Source: a virus
Virus record (IMG/VR): IMGVR_UViG_3300029908_000007
Coordinates: 64,001 to 128,000 of that record
Reading direction: 5' to 3' (one strand)
Length of the DNA: 64,000 bases
A program made the translations under genes and the position numbers. Below are positions 27,468 to 36,339 of the stretch, in pieces (position 1 is the stretch's first letter; the number at the start of each line of letters is the position of its first letter). The notes under the pieces are model-generated. The model was given only the letters and a program-made list of their open reading frames with translations, did no database searches and was not told where the DNA came from.

Positions 27468-28328
27468 ATGAAGGATTTGAAATCCCTCCTAGTACTACTA
27501 TTTAACGAAGGCGAAGAATGTTGTCCGGCTCCAGGACCTCAAGCGTACCATTCAATTACTTTGCCAACTATGTTGTCAGGCGAATTCACATTGGTTAGTA
27601 ATAATCCCAATGTTCCCATAAAAATAGTTGGGTCTGAAACCCTTACTCACTTGGCCATCAACCCCGTCAAAGGACCTAGAAACGATGACAACGTAACCGC
27701 ATACCGTACTTTTATGTGGGAAATCGATGTCGGCAAACTCAGCGCTCAACTAGAATACTTTAAGAAAATAGGTATGCCCTATAGTGCTGCCATTTATAGT
27801 GGTGGCAAATCTATACATTTCTTAACAGTTCTGGACCAAGACATAGATAAGAAGAGTTACCACTATTTTTACGCTTGGGCTCTTAAGGTGTTGACATTAT
27901 GTGACGATAGCTGCAAGAATCCAACCAGGTGTGTTAGGATTCCCGGAGCCATCAGGCCGGATACGGGTAAGAAGCAGAGATTGGTAGAACTACATGGTAG
28001 GGTTAGATTTGAGGATTTCCAAACTTGGTTTGAAGCTCACGAGGATTCTAGACCCCAGATCCGTGAGAAAAGAAAAAGCTTGACAGGCGATGGGGACTAT
28101 GATAAGTTATCAGGGTGGGCGAAAAAGCAGTTAAAAGATGGAATCGATTTTAGTAAAGGTAGGAATAGAACATGGTTCGCTCTGTTTGTAGATCTGGCTC
28201 AGAGCGGTTATACTGAGGAAGAAGCGGAAGGGATTTTGCGACCCTACTATCAGGAAGAACACGATTTTAAGGAACGCGAGTGGCTGGCCTGTATAAAGAG
28301 TGGTTTTAAATACGCGGAAGGAAAATGA
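27468..28328 (+). CDS. AEP-superfamily (RepB-like) primase with PriCT-like C-terminus
   Basis: WEID, YSGGKSIH, NPTRCVRIPG, GRNRTWF. Confidence 0.75.
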   Translation: MKDLKSLLVLLFNEGEECCPAPGPQAYHSITLPTMLSGEFTLVSNNPNVPIKIVGSETLTHLAINPVKGPRNDDNVTAYRTFMWEIDVGKLSAQLEYFKKIGMPYSAAIYSGGKSIHFLTVLDQDIDKKSYHYFYAWALKVLTLCDDSCKNPTRCVRIPGAIRPDTGKKQRLVELHGRVRFEDFQTWFEAHEDSRPQIREKRKSLTGDGDYDKLSGWAKKQLKDGIDFSKGRNRTWFALFVDLAQSGYTEEEAEGILRPYYQEEHDFKEREWLACIKSGFKYAEGK

Positions 28329-28868
28329 ATGATAAGGGATAAAGAACTCGAAAGACTAATAAGTTACGCCAAGGGCTTAGGTCTTAAGGTTACTTTTTCC
28401 AATAAAGACTATGGAGCTTCCGCCCTTTGGTCTCTGGATAATTCTGAAATTACAATTTGTAAAAATAAAAATAAATCAAAAATAGAGACAATTCTTAGCA
28501 TAATCCACGAGTTAGGACATTCTTTACACAATACCCATGAGCAGAATCGAAAAATTGACACAAAACTAGAAGAGGCCTTGAACCATATCGAGGACGCCGA
28601 AGAATTTAATATAGAGTCTAAAAAGAGACAGCGCAAGATCAGTTTGGATTGCGAAATCGCGGGAACCAAATACTGGCATGTGATTTACAAAGACACAAAT
28701 ATGAATTTCCCTATTTGGAGACTCGAAGCCGCTATGGAATTTGATCTCTACCAATATGAGTATTTTTACGAAAACGATCGCTGGCCCTCTTTTAAAGAAA
28801 AGTCTAAAAAGAAAAAAGAGATCAAAAAAAAACACAGAGGTAGGCTAGTCAGGGTAAAGAAGGATTAA
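28329..28868 (+). CDS. ImmA/IrrE-like HExxH metallopeptidase
   Basis: IIHELGH with a downstream CE; AT-rich. Confidence 0.65.
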   Translation: MIRDKELERLISYAKGLGLKVTFSNKDYGASALWSLDNSEITICKNKNKSKIETILSIIHELGHSLHNTHEQNRKIDTKLEEALNHIEDAEEFNIESKKRQRKISLDCEIAGTKYWHVIYKDTNMNFPIWRLEAAMEFDLYQYEYFYENDRWPSFKEKSKKKKEIKKKHRGRLVRVKKD

Positions 28869-29323
28869 TGGATTTATCAGCCTATACCTTAATGCCTGAG
28901 CCTAACAGCACGTACCTCTACAACACCCATACCATACCGGTCCAGGAACCCCTGAGCGGCTCTACGATGGGCCTAATGATGCTTCTATCTAGTCTACAGT
29001 ACCAAGCCCCCTATGTTCCGAGTCAATACCAGCAGGCGGCTAGTCAGGCAGGGAAGGCGGCCTTTATAGACGTAGGGGGACAAGCAACTCAAGATCAAGC
29101 CAATGCGGCTATAGGCAAGATGGGTAAACAAGCTTCAGATACGGCTTTAGGGATCGTCCATTCGATAGGGATCACCGATACAGAGCTTGGAGCTAGCTAT
29201 ATGGTCTATAAAGTCTTAAACGATCGTAAAATCGATCTGAGTATGATTAAAATAGGTGGGGTACGATTTAACTTGACATTGGATCCACAAGATGTTAGCG
29301 TCGGTCTTAACTATGGCTGGTGA
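28868..29323 (+). CDS. Hypothetical protein
   Basis: TAATG coupling. Confidence 0.65.
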   Translation: MDLSAYTLMPEPNSTYLYNTHTIPVQEPLSGSTMGLMMLLSSLQYQAPYVPSQYQQAASQAGKAAFIDVGGQATQDQANAAIGKMGKQASDTALGIVHSIGITDTELGASYMVYKVLNDRKIDLSMIKIGGVRFNLTLDPQDVSVGLNYGW

Positions 29324-29969
29324 AGAAAAGACTGACAGTATGGTAGTCGAAGAGAAAGCGGTGGCTGAAGAGCCTAAGATCGCTCGATTTACCGAGTTCG
29401 AAACTAAATATAGTTCGGACATCGCCATGCTATCTGCTTTTAAGGCCATCGTGGAAGTTCTGCCTGGTCTATTAGAATTCACTTATGCTGAAGGTCCGGA
29501 TACTTATTTGACAAAACCAGACGGATCTTTTGGCCGGTATCGGGCTGCCAAATATCCCCACGGAACCCAATATGCGCAGTGGACGCTAAAATTCAAACCA
29601 GTGGGAGCCAAAAACAACATCTCTAGATTAGAATACAACTGGCGTGTGGATGGAACTCCGGCCCAGGAGATCCTAGATGGCGCGGAGGCTATGGGGTTTT
29701 CGTTCAATTTTAAAATAAATAAGGGGTGCCACATCTACCGATTCCCAGAATGTACACTCGTTTTTTATTCTGTAAAAGAAGAAGGTAAGACCGAAGAAGA
29801 CTATTTCATAGAGATCGAAATAACAGAACAGACTGTCCATGAGCTTACCGAAGAACAAGCCTGGGAAATCATTAGAAAATATGAGAAGATCTTAGAACCA
29901 GTTGGGGTTAATGCGCAGAAGCGAATGCGTAGAAGTCTGTTCGAGATGTATAGGAAAGATCTCAAATGA
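29313..29969 (+). CDS. CYTH-domain (triphosphate tunnel) enzyme
   Basis: EFETKY (ExExK), DTY, RYR, TLK, RLE, FIEIE. Confidence 0.8.
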   Translation: MAGEEKTDSMVVEEKAVAEEPKIARFTEFETKYSSDIAMLSAFKAIVEVLPGLLEFTYAEGPDTYLTKPDGSFGRYRAAKYPHGTQYAQWTLKFKPVGAKNNISRLEYNWRVDGTPAQEILDGAEAMGFSFNFKINKGCHIYRFPECTLVFYSVKEEGKTEEDYFIEIEITEQTVHELTEEQAWEIIRKYEKILEPVGVNAQKRMRRSLFEMYRKDLK

Positions 29970-30505
29970 AAGAGATTCAACTAACACAGGGAAAAGTAGC
30001 GCTAGTAGACGATGAGGATTATGAAGAACTCTCCAAGATGAGTTGGCATGCTTGGTATAATAAAAATAATAATAGTTTTTACACTCATCATTCTGTCTAC
30101 AACGGTAGCGGCAAAAATCCAAGTGTAATCAGAATGCATCGTCACATTTTAGGAATAAAAGATAATAAAGTACACGTAGACCACATAAATGGAAATACTT
30201 TAGACAATAGAAGATGCAATCTAAGGCCGGTAAATAGATCCCAAAATACTACAAATGCAACTAAAGTCAGAAGAGACAATAAATCTGGGTTTAGAGGTGT
30301 GGGGGAATATTTTTACACTGGTGTCAAAAAATGGACAGCTAAGTTAAAAAAAGATGGGAAGGTTATTAGATTGGGATACTTCGACTCCCCAGAAGAAGCT
30401 GCACGCGCTTTCGACAAAGCAGCAAAAGAGCTATATGGAGAATATTGCGGCAAACTTAATTTTGAAGAGGTTCATAAAAACTTGGAACATAAAAAGGAGA
30501 CCTAA
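29966..30505 (+). CDS. HNH-AP2 homing endonuclease
   Basis: MHR, VDHINGNTLDNRRCNLR, SGFRGV, LGYF.SPEEAARAFD. Confidence 0.92.
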   Translation: MKEIQLTQGKVALVDDEDYEELSKMSWHAWYNKNNNSFYTHHSVYNGSGKNPSVIRMHRHILGIKDNKVHVDHINGNTLDNRRCNLRPVNRSQNTTNATKVRRDNKSGFRGVGEYFYTGVKKWTAKLKKDGKVIRLGYFDSPEEAARAFDKAAKELYGEYCGKLNFEEVHKNLEHKKET

Positions 30506-30506
30506 T

Positions 30507-30773
30507 ACGCCATACATCAAAACCGAAGAAAGAAACAAGTGGAAAAATGGAATCGCAGAACTGGTAATGGCTATGCATGATCACGGAATCACGCCAGGCG
30601 ACCTTAATTATATTTACACCAAACTTGCCCATCATTACATTCAGCGTAAGGGACTTAATTATACCCATTTGAACGACATCGTAGGTGTTTTTGAATCAGC
30701 GAAGGCTGAATTCCAACGACGTGTCGTGAATCCCTACGAAATTTCGAAGATTGAAGAAAATGGTGATTTGTGA
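30507..30773 (+). CDS. Conserved phage protein (PYIK...GDLNY...EFxRR...PYE type), apparent ACG start
   Basis: AAGGAG + 7 nt + ACG CCA TAC ATC AAA; helical protein ending KIEENGDL. Confidence 0.65.
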   Translation, partial: TPYIKTEERNKWKNGIAELVMAMHDHGITPGDLNYIYTKLAHHYIQRKGLNYTHLNDIVGVFESAKAEFQRRVVNPYEISKIEENGDL

Positions 30774-31048
30774 CCGATTCCCCAACCGATATCTATGCTA
30801 TTAGTGCTAGAGTTATGAATGCCGCTAGGATGGCCGTTGGAGCCAACCTAACGCCTGCTGGGACAATGGTTTGCAACACTTTTTCTACAACGCTCAAAGA
30901 GTTTTATGATTTCGCCGAGAACCTAGAAGATGCTATGATTAGGAAGGATCTAAAAAATCTAATCAAAGCCCAAGAAGAAGCGCCAGCCAGACCTATAGTA
31001 GCTTTATGCGCTGGTATGAAAAAGAAATCTAGTGAAGATTCCCAATAG
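30770..31048 (+). CDS. Hypothetical protein
   Basis: GTGA overlap; last gene of the + arm. Confidence 0.6.
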   Translation: MTDSPTDIYAISARVMNAARMAVGANLTPAGTMVCNTFSTTLKEFYDFAENLEDAMIRKDLKNLIKAQEEAPARPIVALCAGMKKKSSEDSQ

Positions 31049-31139
31049 CCCTGGCTATGTCTAAGATTCCGATGCCTACGACATACATAACAAAAAGAAG
31101 CATCCCCACTAAAATAGCAGCGGTAAGGCTATTTTTCAT
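31029..31139 (-). CDS. 36-aa single-TM protein (not in ORF track)
   Basis: MKNSLTAAILVGMLLFVMYVVGIGILDIARAIGNLH*; TAATG-coupled to the C1q fragment. Confidence 0.55.
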   Translation of the reverse strand: MKNSLTAAILVGMLLFVMYVVGIGILDIARAIGNLH

Positions 31140-31549
31140 TAATTTCCAATTCTTTCGAAACTCATGTAATTGTCAGAAGTAGAAGCTCCAGTAGTTTGCC
31201 CTACACCACTTATACTAAATGCCCCGACGAAGTTCAAAGTATCCCCAGCATTACATTGGATGATTATAGATCCTCCCAATCGTACAGATACAGAGGAGCT
31301 GGAAACTCCTACATGAGTATCCAATTCAGTATCTACTCCTCCATTGCGGTACACAGAGAGGGTTGATTGAGAACCAGGTATATCTGTTACGTTGAATATG
31401 AAGTTAGCCGTTGCCCTATATTTACCGCTCACTGGAACAGTGTATAATCCCGTTGAAGTATTATATGCGTTGTGGGTATCAAACACTTTCGTAGGCAAAA
31501 TAACTGTTGATCCAGCTGGTGGAAAAGTTACTCCAGAAGCACTGGTAGA
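31139..31549 (-). pseudogene. Start-less orphan C1q-like tail-fibre tip module (136 codons)
   Basis: Open frame STSASGVTFPPAGSTVILPTKVFDTHNAYNTSTGLYTVPVSGKY...ERIGN*; paralogous to the C-terminus of 31986-34436; bounded upstream by TGA; no ATG near the start and no clear RBS. Confidence 0.65.
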
Positions 31550-31776
31550 TCAGGCATTCCTGGAGCCATAAGAGGGGCAGCTTCAGGATTTGGTGAGTTG
31601 GGCATTGCTACATTTGCGTTGTGGATTTTTGGCATTGCAATTTTTGGCGCCCCGCCTGCTAAATTGTGGGGTACACTACCGGCAAGTTTCGGCGCAGTTA
31701 CGTTAGAATCAAGGGTACGCGTAGCCATTCGGCTTTTTAGGGCATTTAGGATATTGCCAAATTGATTATTTGCCAT
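31528..31776 (-). CDS. Small Pro/Ala-rich hypothetical protein
   Basis: Starts 1 nt after the upstream stop; 3' end overlaps the orphan C1q frame. Confidence 0.6.
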   Translation of the reverse strand: MANNQFGNILNALKSRMATRTLDSNVTAPKLAGSVPHNLAGGAPKIAMPKIHNANVAMPNSPNPEAAPLMAPGMPDLPVLLE

Positions 31777-31777
31777 A

Positions 31778-31954
31778 TTATTTTTTCTTTTCCTTCAACC
31801 ACTCTTTAACAGAAATCTTCTTTTTGGCTGCGCCCTGCATTGCTCGCTCTCCAAATTTATGACGACCTATGGCAGCCGCCGCAGCATTGGCCCCTTCTTT
31901 GCTATACCCACTCTTTTTTCTAATCGCTGCTGCTAATTTCTTAAATGCACTCAT
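31778..31954 (-). CDS. Small, very basic protein (58 aa)
   Basis: GGAG RBS; MSAFKKLAAAIRKKSGYSKEGANAAAAAIGRHKFG... Confidence 0.7.
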   Translation of the reverse strand: MSAFKKLAAAIRKKSGYSKEGANAAAAAIGRHKFGERAMQGAAKKKISVKEWLKEKKK

Positions 31955-31985
31955 TAAATCTCCATTTTCTGTGGCGTAACGCCGC

Positions 31986-34436
31986 TTAATTTCCCACTCT
32001 GACAATACCGAAATATGTCGCACTTTGTCCGCCAGTGATGGAATGTCCTGTAGCCGTATTCAAATTAAGCCCAAAGGTAACGCTATCTCCAGCGTTTAAG
32101 GCTAAGAGACAATCAACCTGTCCAGACACATTAGCCGTTCCAGCAGCAATTGTCCCGTCAGCATCCGAGGATTTTATAGGAGTGCCGTTTACGCGTACTT
32201 GTGTTTGAACGTCATAGGCGTTAGAAGCGCCGATAGAATAAGAAACACAGACGCTAACCGAGTATTTACCGCTTACGGGAGCAACATAGGCATTAGAGGC
32301 AAATGCGTTGTGGCTGTCAAACTCCTTTGTATCGAAACAAGTGATTTGCTGTGCTCCAGTTGAAATGCTTTGCCCAGCACTTGAGTAATAGGCAGCATTC
32401 ACGCTTTCCGTTGCCGTAACAACAGCGGGACCGGAGAGACGCTCAATAATGAGCGTGCAAGTGCTCGAATTCGTGATAACGCCGCCGCCATATGTTTGGG
32501 CATTGTCGGTATAAAGTCCCAAAGTATCTCCGGCAGAACACAATAGCGTGGTGGAACCAGAAGTCCCTATAGAAGTCCCAGGGAGTGCAGTTAGCGCTTT
32601 AAAGTTGGAACCGTTTTTGTAAATATGAAGACTCGCTGTTCCGGTACTTGAAAATGAAATACCAGAAATACGGTAATATCCGCTTACAGGAACAGTGTAT
32701 AAATTGGTGGATGTAGAAAAACCAGCATGGGTATCATAATCCACAGTGTTGTATGGAATTACGCTGTTTGTTCCAACAGCAGTATTTGTTGATAAATGAG
32801 TACCCATGGCAACAACCCTAGTATCGGTGTCCGCACTAGCCGAGGTATTCGAAGACCAGCCGTTAATGGGAACACAATAGGTAAGGCTTACAAAAACGTT
32901 ATTGAGGAGTGTTGCTCCGGTAGCGGAATTTAGGCCGCCAGAACCTGAAGCCTGAACGCCGATATCTAGGATTGTGGGGTTCGAAGTAGCATTGGGCGTA
33001 ATTACATAGAAAGACGCCGCAGTACTTCCGCTCTGCGCCATAGTACCAACAATACTAGAAGCTGACGGAAACAATGAAGAATTTATTGAGACGTTTTGAT
33101 TACCGCCGTTATACCCAATACTGACAGAAAGCGCTGAGGCTGTAGTAGTTCCTGCCTGAAAACTAACTTCTCCTAAAAGATAGGCCCCCTGTCTAGAAGA
33201 GGTTGCAACAAGATTGGATACCGTACCAAAACCTGTAACAGTTGGGGTATACGCAACGGGGTCACTCATCGCAGGGGCCATGGGCGCGATTTGGGGACCT
33301 ACGCTGAAGTCGTCCATATACAAACTGTAACCAGCGGTAGCGCTATTAAGGGTGACGATGGCCAACTGATATTGAGTGCTATTGCTTGTGGTTTGGAATG
33401 TTGCGGTTGATTTACCCACACCGCTGCTTTGATTGATGTTAAAAACACCAGCGGGTTGAATCCAAGCGGCATTAGTTACGTCGTAGACGTAAATAGCAAA
33501 AGTATTAGAACTGTTACCAGGAATAATTGCAGGAGAACCTGTAACCAATTTATAATCAAAACTAATTTGCATTACTTTAGCTTGATCTGAGCTATCAATG
33601 TTAAAAACACTGCTAATTAACGTGTCCCCCTGAGATGCGGGTCCTGTAGAACTAAAATCAACAGAATAGTTTCCTGAGAGAGTCCCAGAAGACTCTAGGA
33701 AAATCTGAGCCAAAAATGGGGCTGTGCTTTTAGAAGATGTGAAAGCAATAGTGCTGCTCCCACTTCCAGTTGATTTGGTAAGAGTTCCGGAAGATGCTGG
33801 AGCCCCCGTACCAGTGGCTACCGCTAAAGTTGCGGTTGAGTTGCCCAGAAATGTGAAGGTGTGTCCATTATTGGTGTAAGTATCACCAGTTACTGCATTT
33901 CCACTTGTAATTACAAAGACGTATTCTACATTGGTAAAACCAACTCCGGGCGTCGTTACAGTTACGGGAATAGTTCCAGAAGTGGTGAGATTGATTGTTT
34001 CCCAGCCTGTAAGGGAACCCAATTCAAAGTTGCCGTTGCCGTTATTGGTACCATTTGAAGTGGTTATGGCAGAAAGATAATTTTTAGAACCCCCACCGCC
34101 AACTCCAGAACTACCTGCTTGAACCGCCCATGTGCCTGCGGACGTACCGTTTGCGACTAGCTTAATCGTTAAAGATCCGCCTGGGGAAACCGTGGGGTTT
34201 GGAAGGAAGGAAGCACCACCGTTGTATTCAATCGTAAGAGCGCCGGTAGATCCGTTATAAATTTCAAACCACTGACCGTCTACCATCGTGGTTGCATCGG
34301 GAAGAACGATGGTTTGACCGGAGGAACCCGTAAAGTATTGAATTTGTTTACTAGTATTGACAAGGGTTGTGGTGCCGCCCGCTGTGGCAGTACTAGCTTC
34401 TTGCATTACAACTTGGCCGAATTGAAACAGTCCCAT
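31986..34436 (-). CDS. Tail fibre / receptor-binding protein with two tandem C-terminal C1q-like domains
   Basis: Ser/Thr/Gly-rich; two 'DTH/DSH...Y(T/V)xPVSGxY...NG...AGD' units. Confidence 0.8.
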   Translation of the reverse strand: MGLFQFGQVVMQEASTATAGGTTTLVNTSKQIQYFTGSSGQTIVLPDATTMVDGQWFEIYNGSTGALTIEYNGGASFLPNPTVSPGGSLTIKLVANGTSAGTWAVQAGSSGVGGGGSKNYLSAITTSNGTNNGNGNFELGSLTGWETINLTTSGTIPVTVTTPGVGFTNVEYVFVITSGNAVTGDTYTNNGHTFTFLGNSTATLAVATGTGAPASSGTLTKSTGSGSSTIAFTSSKSTAPFLAQIFLESSGTLSGNYSVDFSSTGPASQGDTLISSVFNIDSSDQAKVMQISFDYKLVTGSPAIIPGNSSNTFAIYVYDVTNAAWIQPAGVFNINQSSGVGKSTATFQTTSNSTQYQLAIVTLNSATAGYSLYMDDFSVGPQIAPMAPAMSDPVAYTPTVTGFGTVSNLVATSSRQGAYLLGEVSFQAGTTTASALSVSIGYNGGNQNVSINSSLFPSASSIVGTMAQSGSTAASFYVITPNATSNPTILDIGVQASGSGGLNSATGATLLNNVFVSLTYCVPINGWSSNTSASADTDTRVVAMGTHLSTNTAVGTNSVIPYNTVDYDTHAGFSTSTNLYTVPVSGYYRISGISFSSTGTASLHIYKNGSNFKALTALPGTSIGTSGSTTLLCSAGDTLGLYTDNAQTYGGGVITNSSTCTLIIERLSGPAVVTATESVNAAYYSSAGQSISTGAQQITCFDTKEFDSHNAFASNAYVAPVSGKYSVSVCVSYSIGASNAYDVQTQVRVNGTPIKSSDADGTIAAGTANVSGQVDCLLALNAGDSVTFGLNLNTATGHSITGGQSATYFGIVRVGN

Positions 34437-34463
34437 TGAAACTCCTTTAAACTCTATCTATCA

Positions 34464-34478
34464 TAAAGATTGCGATTT
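34464..34478 (-). promoter_or_regulatory. Candidate late-promoter motif AAATCGCAATCTTTA
   Basis: Same 15-mer as 55674-55688; upstream of the fibre gene RBS. Confidence 0.65.
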
Positions 34479-35528
34479 CTACTGGTAAGCCGCTAATTGC
34501 CATGCCAGCCTATAATTTGAGGATCCAGTTGGTACATTCCAGTTCACCGTAAAAGTCGATATAGTTTTTGCGGTGATTGTAACTGGTTGAAATTGTGGAG
34601 AAATATCTGTATAATTGGTAAGCTCTGCTATGACCACGTAATTTGTAGATAATAGCGCTAAGGGGAAGGTAATAGTGATCGATGTTTGACCCGATCCTAC
34701 AATTGATTCCCCGGATTGTTCCGAAAGTCCTGGCGAAATCGCGTAGTCCAGGTAATAATTCCCGTCCGGAATAAGTTGATTCCATTCAAAAGTCGCGGTA
34801 GTCGTGGTTTTATTTGTAACAGTAAGTGGGAAAAATTCAGGATTGGGATCGGTTGAATTATAAATACCGCCCAAGATAACATAGGAACTACTACTTTGTG
34901 GACTCAAAAATGTAACTACTTGACTGGTTGTTCCCATAGTTAGTGGAACTTCCTGCGCGGTTCCTCCGCCGCTTCCCGAGCCCGAACCAGATCCATAAAA
35001 CATGGTGATCGCGCTTTGAACAACGTTTTGGATGGTACCACCCATATTGTGAAGCGTGACATACCCAAAAGGTTGGGTTTGTGATTGTGGGGCTGGAACC
35101 AGAGCGTCGGCTAATACCGCATTTGGGGTACCGATAACTACGGCGATATCATTGCTTTCATCGATAGCTAATAGAATTTGAACGTAATCTCCGGAAGGTA
35201 AAGTGAGTGGGATTGATCCTCCCGTAGAGGTGACAATATTTCCACCAGATGAAGCGGGGAAGGTCACGGTTCCACCCGTAAAGACCGGAACTACGGTACC
35301 TAAAAAAGAAGCCGATTTATTTCTGCCTGAGACGGAATTTGCAACTAGAGAAGGACCGATATTGACTACAAGAGAGGGACTAGACGTGGCGTCAATTTTA
35401 AATGGAGGGGTTAGATCTTGATCAATAGAAGATAGTAAAACGTCAAGAGTATTTCCTGAAACCCAAGGAAATAGTTCTTGTAAGATGCCACGATACTCGC
35501 TTTGTCTAGAATCTATGGGTTTATACAT
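34479..35528 (-). CDS. Tail fibre-associated protein with two C-terminal beta-sandwich repeats
   Basis: Two 'TF...YV....N.TD..P.F.P.T.T.KT...F..W' units. Confidence 0.7.
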   Translation of the reverse strand: MYKPIDSRQSEYRGILQELFPWVSGNTLDVLLSSIDQDLTPPFKIDATSSPSLVVNIGPSLVANSVSGRNKSASFLGTVVPVFTGGTVTFPASSGGNIVTSTGGSIPLTLPSGDYVQILLAIDESNDIAVVIGTPNAVLADALVPAPQSQTQPFGYVTLHNMGGTIQNVVQSAITMFYGSGSGSGSGGGTAQEVPLTMGTTSQVVTFLSPQSSSSYVILGGIYNSTDPNPEFFPLTVTNKTTTTATFEWNQLIPDGNYYLDYAISPGLSEQSGESIVGSGQTSITITFPLALLSTNYVVIAELTNYTDISPQFQPVTITAKTISTFTVNWNVPTGSSNYRLAWQLAAYQ

Positions 35529-35549
35529 ATCAATCTCTATATATCATAA

Positions 35550-36314
35550 CTAGTTGTTTGCAATAGCGTGCCAGACCAAAGAATAGTTTGCTGTTGCGGT
35601 CGGACTATTCCATTTAACCGTAAAGCCCGTGGTACTAAAAGCAGTAATTTCAATAGGTTGAAACTGAGTGTTGGTGTCAGTGGTGTTAATGAAATTACAT
35701 GTGATGGCATAACTTGTATTAGCAAAAGCCGTGCTGTAAGTAACGGAAACCGTGGTAACACCGCTGCCAATGGCCTGTGTTCCCGATCTATAAGTAATAG
35801 CGGTTGCATTGGTTGCACTATATGCGGCATCCCATGCAGCTGCGGTATTAACTGACGTCGAGGTACAAGTAAATATACACTGAGTTCCAGCCGCCATCAC
35901 TTGAACGCTAGCACTTGTAGAAGTCTGAACAGTTACTGAGCCCGTGGAACGATTCATTATCTGATAGGCTTGACCCACAACTAAAGTTGAGGTACTTGGC
36001 AAAGTAACGGTTTGTGTTGTGGTTCCTGTGAATTGCTGATAATATGTACTTGATACCGATAAAGTCGTAGTACTGGCAGCGGTAGCAGTAGTTGTAAAGC
36101 CCTCACTTATATTATTGATCTGTGTATTAGCGTTGGTATCCCTAAACATTACCGTAGAAGCCGTAGGAGCTGCTACAAGACTTACCGCACTAGGTGTGGT
36201 GGAGCTGCCACTGATATTAGCTAAGACCGTGGCAGTGGCGATCGACGGCAAATCCGTCAACGCCATCGCCGTGCCTCTTAGTGCTCCACTTACTGGTTTT
36301 GTAAAATTTGACAT
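35550..36314 (-). CDS. Tail fibre-associated mosaic protein
   Basis: Shares modules with both 31986-34436 and 34479-35528. Confidence 0.7.
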   Translation of the reverse strand: MSNFTKPVSGALRGTAMALTDLPSIATATVLANISGSSTTPSAVSLVAAPTASTVMFRDTNANTQINNISEGFTTTATAASTTTLSVSSTYYQQFTGTTTQTVTLPSTSTLVVGQAYQIMNRSTGSVTVQTSTSASVQVMAAGTQCIFTCTSTSVNTAAAWDAAYSATNATAITYRSGTQAIGSGVTTVSVTYSTAFANTSYAITCNFINTTDTNTQFQPIEITAFSTTGFTVKWNSPTATANYSLVWHAIANN

Positions 36315-36339
36315 CCTTACTTTCTATATCATGAACCTA

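Noticed and set aside
31139-32410. Diversity-generating retroelement (orphan C1q as template repeat, hairpin after the fibre stop)
   Set aside because: No reverse transcriptase is in the window, and the two regions differ at all base types with indels rather than only at adenines.
31139-34436. Invertase/shufflon tail-fibre switch
   Set aside because: The cassette is in direct orientation; no inverted crossover sites or site-specific recombinase were seen.
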